A stretch of 64,000 bases of DNA from Lachnospiraceae bacterium (GTDB lineage: Bacteria > Bacillota > Clostridia > Lachnospirales > Lachnospiraceae), in contig JAEEXY010000007.1 in the NCBI GenBank assembly GCA_016288005.1, forward strand, positions 7,444 to 71,443, in the 5' to 3' direction. The position numbers and the translations under genes were made by a program. Shown one piece after another: positions 1 through 7,457 of this stretch. The notes below the pieces were generated by a model that did no database searches, was not told the origin of the DNA, and was given only the letters and a program-made list of their open reading frames with translations. The number at the start of each line of letters is the position of its first letter. The first letter of the stretch is position 1.

Positions 1-2954
1 TTCCTGCAGTTGCGGTTATCGCTGATGATGACGATTATTCTGTGGAGTACGTTCCTTATCACGGTCGACTTACTTATTCCGGCGATTCTTATAATAAGCA
101 TGGCCAGCCTTTCCCGGATCTGATGGATTTTGACAGGGACGGCGATATGGACTATATGGACCGTGTTATTCGCCACGAACTGGTTCATAACCCGAACTAT
201 CTCGATCAGCCTTCCACCAAGGTAGGTGTGGCGATCGTCGGTACTTTTACATCCCTGCTCGGAACAGCAGCAGGACTGGCCGGTGGTGCAGCAGGCGGTA
301 TCCTGGGTTCGTCGGCGGAAGGAGCGGCGGATATTCTCGGAGCTGCTGTTGAAGGATTAAGCACTGATGCAGATGGGAATTCCCTGCTTAAAGACGTGCC
401 CGACGGAGTGGATCCGGAAAGCGGAGAAGGGGGAGATAAGCTGTCAGAGCCTGATGAAACGGGGCCGGACGAACCCGAAGAACCCGAAGAACCGGAAGAA
501 CCTGAAAAACCTGAGGAACCCGAAGAGCCCGAGGAACCTGAGGAGCCAGAAGAGCCCGAGGAGCCCGAGGAACCTGAAGAGCCCGAGGCGCCAGAAAAAC
601 CTGAGGAGCCAGAAGAGCCCGAGGAGCCAGAAAAACCTGAGGAGCCAGAAGAGCCCGAGGAGCCAGAAAAACCCGAGGAACCAGAAGAACCTGAGGAGCC
701 CAAAGAGCCCGAGGAGCCAGAAAAAGCTGAGGAATCTGAAGAACCCGAGGAGCCAGAAAAACCTGAGGAGCCAGAAAAACCTGAGGAGCCTGAAAGCACG
801 GAAGATGACGCTTCCGGTATGGATACTGATACGGAAACGGAGACTACAGGGGAAAGTGACAGTACTGATTCCGAAACAGAAGGGTCCAATGCCGGCAATG
901 AGCCTGAAGCTGAATCCGAGGATAATGCCGACGTGACTGAGGATGAATCCGAAGGTGAATCTGAGACTGAAGCAGAGAGTTCGGAAGATGAGGACGAGCC
1001 TGAAGCAGAGGCTTCGGAGGATGATGCAGAAGAAGGTGCGGAAGAAGACGCTGAGCAGGATCCTGAAGCCCAAGAAGATGAAGAGTCTGAATCCGAAGAG
1101 AAAGATAAAGAGAAAGACGAAGAAAAGGCTGCAGACAAAGATGGCTTAAGCGACCTGGAAAAGAAGAAAAAGGAAGAAGCAGACAAGTACGAAGCATTTA
1201 AGCAGAAGCTTGCGGACGAAGAGAAAAAAAGACAGGAAGAAGCGGAAGAGGCTAGTAAAGCGCTCGAAGAGTGGAGAAAGCAGCAGGCGCTTAATGACCC
1301 TGATGCGATGCATCCCGAAGACGATCCGGAATTATATGAGCAAATGCAGCGGGAAGAGCGTGAAAGGGAAGAGGCACAAAAAAGAGCCGAAGAAGCCAAG
1401 GCGGCTAAGGAAAAGGCGGCGAAGGATGAAGAAAACCGCATAAGAAAGGAAGCAGAAGAAAAATACGGCACATGGGACGGCAAAGAGCCTCTTGAAGATT
1501 TCCTGAAGAGAAACGGCATGGATTCCACAGACAGAGTGGAGGACTTCCTTGAACGCACAGGTCTGAAATATCAGGTAGATGATGTCAGGGCAGAGCTTGC
1601 AAAGGCAGCGAAAGAAGCCGCTCTTGACTTCGATGCGGAACGTTATCGTGAGGCGCTTTCAAACGGTGCTATCGGTGATGAATTAAAGATTGAACATTAT
1701 TTCCGCGAACTGGGTATCGATCCGAGTGATCCCGAACGCTTCAACAAGGTCTGGGAGCTTAGAAAGGGTATTATCAACAAGCAGAATGCCCATTATGTAA
1801 AAAATGCTCAGGCTACGTACGAGGACGCAGATATAGGTTCATATCAGGGACTTGCAGAAGATACGGTTAAGTTTTCTGACACATCTCTGCAGATCGGCTC
1901 AAAGATCGCGGGAGAACCCGGGCAGATGGTTTATGAGACCTACCTGCTTGCCAAGGGTGCTGGGACCGGATTTGCCGAGGCTACTGCCGGTAAGAATCCT
2001 TTGGCTATGAACGCGGATGACTTGGCAGCGGGTGCCCAGGGAGCAGCTCTGAATACCATGGATGCTGCTCTGGATATATTTACCGATAATGCAGGTGGTA
2101 TTACCAAGGGCGCCGGTGAAGCAGTTAAGGAGACGTTCCGAACATTACGCGAGACCGGAGATACTGATGAAGCAATAAAGAATGGCTTAAATGCCGGACT
2201 AAAAACAACTGCCTCCGAACTCACAAACGACGTGACAAAGAATCTCACCGGCAATCTGGTTGGCAAGGTTACCGGAATTGACGAATTTGGAGATACTGTA
2301 GGTGAGATTGCCGGAAAGACTGCAGGAGAGATGGCCGGTACATATGCTGAAACCGGAAATGCCGTAAGCGCTATGGAATCCGGCATTAAGACTGCAGTGG
2401 ATTCTTCGGTGGAAGGGTTAACAGATACTACTGTTTCTATTGCCGGAGAACTCACCCATGATGAAGATTCCTGGAAGATTAATACTGTAAAGGATTTCGC
2501 TGCAGGCATCAAGGATGCAAATTCATCAGGCGGCGAAGGTGTTTCAGGTGCTACAGGACAGGCAGCACCTGTCGGCGCAAACAAGAGATTTACAAATTAT
2601 ACCAACCGGGATCAGATCATAGAAGGCAAGTATGGCAGCCAGACTGCGAGCTCGATGTATACGGATGCTGAGAAGGCTGCTATGGCTGAACGTGCAAAGT
2701 TGATTCCTAACCAGCTTTTGAAGGATTTCGCTGAAGAGAGAAAGAAGGTTCTCGACCAGCAGGCCGAATATGACGCTGATTACAAGTGGCGAAAGGAACA
2801 ATGGGAGAAATCGGCTACCCTTCATACAGGTATCGACAAGCCCAGATATGAAGATTCCTCAAGCTATGTACCGAGGAAGATCGTTGATGATACAAAATAC
2901 AGACAGTTGGCAAATAATATCAAGCAGTTTATGAACGGCGAGGAATACAAGTAA
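1..2954 (+). CDS. Large acidic repeat protein, 5'-partial (continues upstream of window)
   Basis: The frame of ORF 42..2954 stays open back to nt 3 and there is no RBS before the GTG at 42. HELVH (HExxH) at 174-188, a Gly/Ala-rich hydrophobic stretch, ~36 PEE/PEK repeats, D/E/S/T-rich and K/E-rich tracts, and a Gly/Ala/Thr-rich C-terminal half. No family recognised. Confidence 0.6.
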   Translation, partial: PAVAVIADDDDYSVEYVPYHGRLTYSGDSYNKHGQPFPDLMDFDRDGDMDYMDRVIRHELVHNPNYLDQPSTKVGVAIVGTFTSLLGTAAGLAGGAAGGILGSSAEGAADILGAAVEGLSTDADGNSLLKDVPDGVDPESGEGGDKLSEPDETGPDEPEEPEEPEEPEKPEEPEEPEEPEEPEEPEEPEEPEEPEAPEKPEEPEEPEEPEKPEEPEEPEEPEKPEEPEEPEEPKEPEEPEKAEESEEPEEPEKPEEPEKPEEPESTEDDASGMDTDTETETTGESDSTDSETEGSNAGNEPEAESEDNADVTEDESEGESETEAESSEDEDEPEAEASEDDAEEGAEEDAEQDPEAQEDEESESEEKDKEKDEEKAADKDGLSDLEKKKKEEADKYEAFKQKLADEEKKRQEEAEEASKALEEWRKQQALNDPDAMHPEDDPELYEQMQREEREREEAQKRAEEAKAAKEKAAKDEENRIRKEAEEKYGTWDGKEPLEDFLKRNGMDSTDRVEDFLERTGLKYQVDDVRAELAKAAKEAALDFDAERYREALSNGAIGDELKIEHYFRELGIDPSDPERFNKVWELRKGIINKQNAHYVKNAQATYEDADIGSYQGLAEDTVKFSDTSLQIGSKIAGEPGQMVYETYLLAKGAGTGFAEATAGKNPLAMNADDLAAGAQGAALNTMDAALDIFTDNAGGITKGAGEAVKETFRTLRETGDTDEAIKNGLNAGLKTTASELTNDVTKNLTGNLVGKVTGIDEFGDTVGEIAGKTAGEMAGTYAETGNAVSAMESGIKTAVDSSVEGLTDTTVSIAGELTHDEDSWKINTVKDFAAGIKDANSSGGEGVSGATGQAAPVGANKRFTNYTNRDQIIEGKYGSQTASSMYTDAEKAAMAERAKLIPNQLLKDFAEERKKVLDQQAEYDADYKWRKEQWEKSATLHTGIDKPRYEDSSSYVPRKIVDDTKYRQLANNIKQFMNGEEYK
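471..794 (+). repeat. In-frame 9-nt tandem repeat encoding ~36 Pro-Glu-Glu / Pro-Glu-Lys tripeptides
   Basis: GAR-CCN-GAR units run head to tail over 108 codons. Synonymous third positions differ between units (gaa/gag, ccc/cca/cct/ccg). There is a loose 36-nt PEKPEEPEEPEE super-period. Confidence 0.9.
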
Positions 2955-3029
2955 GCAAAAGCTTCAGGCGGCCGGGTTCGTTCCAAATAGGCTGGTACCC
3001 AGATGATGGACTTCAACATGACAGTTGAG

Positions 3030-3059
3030 GTGCCCGTCATCCGGGTGCTTTTTTATTTT
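3030..3059 (+). terminator. Intrinsic terminator after the acidic repeat protein gene
   Basis: GTGCCCG (3030-3036) pairs with CGGGTGC (3042-3048), including 2 G-U pairs, and is followed by TTTTTTATTTT. Confidence 0.55.
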
Positions 3060-3079
3060 GCGGTCATGGAGGTGCAGTC

Positions 3080-3391
3080 ATGTGGTTTCGCCTTGATGTA
3101 AATGAACTCTCACGAAATCCAAGAGTGTATAAGGTTGACGAGAGGAAAATTGTATTAAAGACAGATTTTCGGATTGAGCTTTATAAGTTGTGGCGAAGCG
3201 GAGATCCGGAGGGCATTCAACAGCTTTTGGATGAAAACAATCTTGGTATAGATAAGACCGGAAATGATTTTCTGGAAACTCTGATAACATCATTTAAGAG
3301 TGGAGGATACCCTGTTTACAAGAACGGTGAACTGGAGCTGATACACGAGAGAAAATCTTGGCTGGGATATCGGACTGCATATGGCAGCTGA
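3080..3391 (+). pseudogene. IS3-type OrfA-like N-terminal fragment
   Basis: The 103-aa ORF resembles the HTH part of Firmicute IS3 OrfA proteins (SRNPRVYKVDERKIVLKTDFRIELYKLW...). It ends inside the region where the rve frame opens. Confidence 0.45.
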
Positions 3392-4154
3392 TCTTGTAAA
3401 GAACGCCTATGAGCGGATGTTGGAAGAACACGGTGACGAGTTAAAACACAATGCATCTGTTTACATCCATTCGGATCAGGGAAGTCAGTACCTTTCAACA
3501 ACCTTTAAGGAGCTTTTGGAGGATGATGGCTTCGTTCAATCTGTATCTGCCCGTGGAAACTCACAGGACAATGCGCCTATGGAAAGCTTCTTCGGCAGGC
3601 TAAAGACTGCCATACTGGATATGGTGGCAAGGTGCCGGACATTCGATGATGCGAAAAATCTGATATCCGGCTATATCAATGCCTACAACACGGAGCACTA
3701 TCAGTATGATCTTGCTGCCCTTACCCCGGCGGAATTCTATCAGTATGCCACTACCGGAATCTACCCGCTTGACAGTTATTTCGGCGTTCCTGCGAGTGTG
3801 ATGATGACGAACGGGGATTTGAAGAAGGTGCATCGCAGATATGCTGATGACGAAGCTGAGAGGCGTCGTGAGGCGGCTGAAAGGAAGCGCGAAGGAAGGC
3901 GGCTTATCGATCCTTTGCGGATAATACGCAGGGATCAGAACCTTCTGGACAGGCTCATTTGTAAGTGGGAGGAATCAAAAGAGACAGCGGCCATACAGAT
4001 AAGTCGCCTAAAGGAGATTGTAGAAAAGATTAAAAAGGCACATGAGTTTATCGTAGCTCTTCCGGCTGAAAAATACGAGGAATTAAAAGATCCCCTTTCC
4101 TGGCGGAAACATGAGCAGTTGGGATATGTGTTTGAAATGAATGAACTTTTTTGA
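3342..4154 (+). pseudogene. IS3-family rve/DDE transposase fragment with a non-transposase C-terminal tail
   Basis: The frame opens at 3342 (..NLGWDIGLHMAADLV..). Only ~33 aa separate the W-D-I motif from HSDQG, so the beta-strand segment between the first and second catalytic Asp looks deleted. A ~130-aa charged tail follows the usual IS3 end (PAEFYQY). Confidence 0.65.
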
Positions 4155-4412
4155 AGCTGTTATAGATGGTTTTATGTCACTGACGTAATGAGTATTTTGG
4201 GGGAAGAATAACAGAAATCAGCTTATCCATATGAAACTGGATGGATTATAATAGTACCAGGATTGTTGTCGGCGGTCAAAGGCCTGGGAATTCGGACGAC
4301 GAGGTTCCCTCACCCTCCGGGCAGCAATCCTTTTTGATGAGATACAGCCGGGATATATGTATATGCCGGTATGTTTTGCGTGGGAAATAAAGTATACCGG
4401 TAGTTTCCGCCA

Positions 4413-4540
4413 TCCTTGACATGAACCTCATCGGGTGCTTTGGAGTAGTCACCCCGACGGCGATGAACTCAGGAACAGCGCCACCTTACCCAGCCGTCGG
4501 GACCGGGGAGTGTAGCACCCGCTGAGAACCCAGTCAAGGA
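4413..4540. ncRNA. Candidate structured RNA core (three perfectly nested helices)
   Basis: Three nested helices: TCCTTGAC 4413-4420 / GTCAAGGA 4533-4540, CGGGTGCT 4432-4439 / AGCACCCG 4514-4521, and CCCGACGGC 4453-4461 / GCCGTCGGG 4493-4501. It lies in a 4155-4761 stretch with no ORF of 60 aa or more on either strand. Strand and family are unknown. Confidence 0.3.
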
Positions 4541-4607
4541 CAAGCCCTTCGGGTGGCTGCTTTTAACCCCTCTGGCTCAGAATCTTGGAACAGCTCCATT
4601 ATTTGGG

Positions 4608-4753
4608 CTGTCTGCTATATGTCCGGGAACTGTCTGCGAAAGTTCCATTGCCTGTCTACACGGGTTCCACTCATGTCTTCTTCGATTCCGCTTCTGTCTG
4701 ATCTGATTCCGTTCCTGTCTGAATGATATCCAGCCCAGCTTTCTTCCATTCCA
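4608..4753. repeat. Array of ~7 phased 21-22-bp direct repeats (CTGTCTG ... RTTCCR)
   Basis: CTGTCTG-like cores sit at 4608, 4630, 4652, 4673, 4694 and 4715. RTTCCR-like cores sit at 4621, 4642, 4664, 4685, 4706, 4727 and 4748. Every spacing is 21 or 22 bp, and the segment is non-coding in all frames. Confidence 0.8.
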
Positions 4754-4795
4754 TCAAAGCCTTATTTTTGTCTAAAAAAAGTCCTAGACTTTTGA

Positions 4796-5077
4796 ACCGG
4801 TGTAAAAGGAGGCGGGCTGGTCGGATTTACCGCAGAAGGAGCCGCCAATGTTACGGGTGATGGTCTCTCTGCCACCGTCGATTCACTGACAAGAGGCAAA
4901 AGCCTTGAAGAATCGCTCAAGGCCGGCAGCGAAGGAGCCAAGAAGGGTGCTGTCAATTTCACTATAGATAAGACCTTTGATGCCGTCGGAGGAAAGGTTG
5001 GTATTTCTGAGGGGCATAGTACTCTTGCCGCAGATATTACAAAGGACTATGTAACCGGAGATAAGCACGAAGAATAA
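4796..5077 (+). pseudogene. Start-less C-terminal gene fragment resembling the Gly/Ala/Thr-rich part of the 1..2954 protein
   Basis: The frame is open from the TGA at 4793-4795 to the TAA at 5075-5077 (93 codons) with no ATG or RBS. The translation ..EESLKAGSEGAKKGAVNFTIDKTFDAVGGKVG.. resembles ..DEAIKNGLNAGLKTTASELTNDVTKNLTGNLVGKV.. of the first ORF. Confidence 0.4.
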
Positions 5078-5099
5078 ACAAAAAGCTGAAAATATGCGA

Positions 5100-5145
5100 A
5101 GGACCGGCCGGTATCCGGAGAAGGATTCCCGGACCGGTCCTTTTG
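5100..5145 (+). terminator. Intrinsic terminator
   Basis: AGGACCGG (5100-5107) pairs with CCGGTCCT (5134-5141), with an inner CCGG-tat-CCGG hairpin, followed by TTTT. Confidence 0.5.
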
Positions 5146-5167
5146 CTGCGCAGCTTGCGGTTTTCTG

Positions 5168-5196
5168 TTTACAATCAGGTTTTTGTAACGTATAAT
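5168..5196 (+). promoter_or_regulatory. Sigma-A-type promoter of ptb-buk
   Basis: TTTACA (5168-5173), 17 nt, TATAAT (5191-5196), about 50 nt upstream of ptb. Confidence 0.55.
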
Positions 5197-5246
5197 ATAG
5201 TCCGATATACTTTAATAGATTAAAGCATAAAAGAGGAGAGTTGCTT

Positions 5247-6143
5247 ATGTATAAGACTTTTAAAGAGGTTGAGGAAGCTGTTCTGGCAAGAGGCAGGAGA
5301 GTAAAGCTCGCGCTCGCGGCCAGCGCCGATGACATTGCGCTCGACGCGGTGATCCGCGCGCAGAGGAACGGCATTATAGAGGCGCAGATGGTCGGCGACG
5401 CCGAAAAGACCAAAGAGCTTCTCAAAGAGATGGGCGAGAACCCCGGAGATTATGATATCACCGATGAGCCCGATCCCTTAAAGGCGATCAGGATCGTCTG
5501 CGAGAGGGTCAGGGACGGTAAGGCGGACATGCCTATGAAGGGCCTGATGCAGTCGGGGGACTATCTCCGCGCGATCCTCGACAAGAGCTACGGTTTCCTT
5601 CCCGAGAAAGGCATGCTCACCGAGGCTACCGTTTTTGAATATGACAACAGGCTGATCACGGCTACCGACTGCGCGGTTGTGATCGCCCCCGATTATAATG
5701 AGAAGATCAGGATCATCAACAATTCGGTCAGGTTCGTAAAGGCACTCGGCTGTGAGCTTCCGAAGGTTGCGGTCATCACACCCGTGGAGATCGTCAATCC
5801 CAAGATCCCTTCGACGATCGACGCCGCAATGCTCGCGGTTGCGGGCAGACGCGGACAGATAAAGGACTGCATCGTGGACGGACCGCTGGCGCTCGACAAC
5901 GCGATCTCGGCCGAATCCGCGAAACATAAGGGCATTGAGAGCGAGGTTGCCGGATGCGCGGATATCCTTCTGCTGCCCGACCTCGATTCGGGAAACCTGA
6001 TGCTGAAGGCTGTCATTTACATGATGAATACCGTTTCCTCGAGCAATATCATCGGAACCGACATACCCGTTGTCATGACCTCGCGTTCGGATACGCCCGA
6101 GAATAAATACAATTCCATACTCACCGCCGTTATCAGAGCGTAA
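5247..6143 (+). CDS. ptb: Phosphate butyryltransferase
   Basis: Phosphate acetyl/butyryltransferase family by sequence, directly upstream of butyrate kinase. I prefer the ATG at 5247 with the GGAGAG RBS over the TTG at 5241 used by the track. Confidence 0.9.
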   Translation: MYKTFKEVEEAVLARGRRVKLALAASADDIALDAVIRAQRNGIIEAQMVGDAEKTKELLKEMGENPGDYDITDEPDPLKAIRIVCERVRDGKADMPMKGLMQSGDYLRAILDKSYGFLPEKGMLTEATVFEYDNRLITATDCAVVIAPDYNEKIRIINNSVRFVKALGCELPKVAVITPVEIVNPKIPSTIDAAMLAVAGRRGQIKDCIVDGPLALDNAISAESAKHKGIESEVAGCADILLLPDLDSGNLMLKAVIYMMNTVSSSNIIGTDIPVVMTSRSDTPENKYNSILTAVIRA

Positions 6144-6195
6144 GGTTGTTTAACAGGGATGCCCCGGCATCCCGGAAAAAGGAGAGAAAGAATAT

Positions 6196-7299
6196 ATGCC
6201 GGTAAAGATACTTGTTATAAATCCCGGATCGACTTCGACCAAGATCAGTCTTTTCGAGGATGACAAAAATGTGTACACCGAGAGCCTGTTCCATGACGCT
6301 CCCGAACTGCTCAAATTTCCCCATGTAAACGACCAGACCGAATTCAGGAAAAAGGTCATACTTGATTTCCTCGCGGAGCACGGGACTTCGCCTTCCGAGA
6401 TCGACGTGTTCGTGGGACGCGGAGGCAGCGCTTATTCGCAGCCCGCGGGTGTTACCGAGATCGACGAGAGACTCTACAACGATACGAAAAAGGCTGTCGG
6501 CGGCAGCAATCATCCGGCAAAGCTCGGAGTCATGATCGCGTATGAGCTCTGCACCGAATTCGGCGGCAAAATGTATACGCTCAATCCGACGAATGTCGAT
6601 GAGCTCTGCGATTACGCGAGACCCACCGGAATAAAGGGCATATACCGCAAACCGCAGACCCATGTGCTCAACCAGAAGGGCATTGCGGGGATCCATGCGG
6701 CCAAGATTGGCAAAAAGTACGAGGACTGCAATTTCATCGTCTGCCATATCGACGGCGGGATCACGATCACCGCGCATGAACACGGCAAAATGGTTGACAG
6801 CACCGAGGGCGCCGGCGGAGACGGACCTTTCACGCCCACGAGACTCGGCAGCATACCGATCCTTGAAGTATGCGATTTCCTCGATGCCGGACATACTACA
6901 GGCGACCTTCGCATCATGCTCTCACGCGCGGGCGGATTTGTTAGTCATTTCGGAACCTCGAATTCCGATACGATACATAAAATGGTCGAAGAGGGCGACA
7001 AACACGCGACTCTTATCTGGAATACCATGTGCTATCAGCTCTGCAAGTCTATCGGAGCGATGAGCACCGTCCTTCGCGGAAAAGTGGACGCGATCCTGCT
7101 GACCGGCGGCCTGGTACGCTTTGCCGATATCGTTGATTTTGTGAAGGACCGCTGCGGACATATCGCTCCGATAGAGGTTTATCCCGGCGAAGTGGAGCAG
7201 GAGGCCATGGCAGAGGCCGCGCTCAGCGTTGTAAGGGGAGAGACGGCGGCGCGTAAGTATTCCGGCAGGCCCGTATTCGAAGGCTTCGGATTCGAATAA
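6196..7299 (+). CDS. buk: Butyrate kinase
   Basis: N-terminus MPVKILVINPGSTSTKISLFED, typical acetate/butyrate kinase fold and length (367 aa), paired with ptb. Confidence 0.93.
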   Translation: MPVKILVINPGSTSTKISLFEDDKNVYTESLFHDAPELLKFPHVNDQTEFRKKVILDFLAEHGTSPSEIDVFVGRGGSAYSQPAGVTEIDERLYNDTKKAVGGSNHPAKLGVMIAYELCTEFGGKMYTLNPTNVDELCDYARPTGIKGIYRKPQTHVLNQKGIAGIHAAKIGKKYEDCNFIVCHIDGGITITAHEHGKMVDSTEGAGGDGPFTPTRLGSIPILEVCDFLDAGHTTGDLRIMLSRAGGFVSHFGTSNSDTIHKMVEEGDKHATLIWNTMCYQLCKSIGAMSTVLRGKVDAILLTGGLVRFADIVDFVKDRCGHIAPIEVYPGEVEQEAMAEAALSVVRGETAARKYSGRPVFEGFGFE

Positions 7300-7371
7300 G
7301 TGAGGTTACGGAATAAGAGCCCAAAAAGAAAAATATTCGACTTTGTAATTTGTGAAAACACGATAAATATA

Positions 7372-7400
7372 TTTACAAAAGCGAAACAATACTGTATAAT
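7372..7400 (+). promoter_or_regulatory. Sigma-A-type promoter upstream of the MCP gene
   Basis: TTTACA (7372-7377), 17 nt, TATAAT (7395-7400). Confidence 0.5.
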
Positions 7401-7457
7401 AAGCGGTAATAGGAATGGCGAGTTGTTAATTTGAAAAGTGAACAAGGAGGACAATCT

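Larger units (their letters stand above)
3080..4154 (+). mobile_element. Degraded IS3-family insertion sequence (transposase remnant, ends not identifiable)
   Basis: Two overlapping frames carry an OrfA-like fragment and an rve/DDE core (HSDQGSQY...SARGNSQDNAPMESFFGRLK...YNTEHYQ). I found no terminal inverted repeats. Confidence 0.7.

Noticed and set aside
206-1558. ORFs in alternative frames or strands of the acidic repeat region (206-1558 -, 367-936 +, 444-1073 -, 844-1197 -, and others) giving Ser/Gly-, Arg/Lys/Asn- or Phe/Leu-rich polypeptides.
   Set aside because: These are out-of-frame readings of the 9-nt GAR-CCN-GAR repeat and flanking GA-rich DNA. Only the + frame is continuous across the whole 2.9 kb and runs into non-repetitive protein-like sequence.
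3342-3391. The 50-nt overlap of the two IS3 frames as a functional programmed -1 frameshift site producing an active OrfAB transposase.
   Set aside because: There is no A-AAA-AAG-type slippery heptamer in the overlap. The rve core lacks the segment between the first two catalytic Asp motifs. No terminal inverted repeats were found.
4222-4230. TTATCCATA, one mismatch from the DnaA box TTATCCACA, near the repeat array, hinting at a chromosomal origin.
   Set aside because: It is a single box, there is no dnaA/dnaN context, and there is no AT-rich unwinding element next to it. One near-match is expected by chance.
4608-4753. Whether the 21-22-bp repeat array is a CRISPR array.
   Set aside because: The units are contiguous with only ~5-bp variable gaps and no 25-40-bp spacers. 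The repeats are degenerate rather than near-identical, there are no cas genes, and the repeat is too short.
4883-5425. A 180-aa - strand ORF covering the gene fragment, the terminator, and the ptb promoter and 5' end.
   Set aside because: It crosses a clear terminator and promoter, has a low-complexity Ser/Ala/Leu-rich translation, and overlaps the well-supported ptb start.
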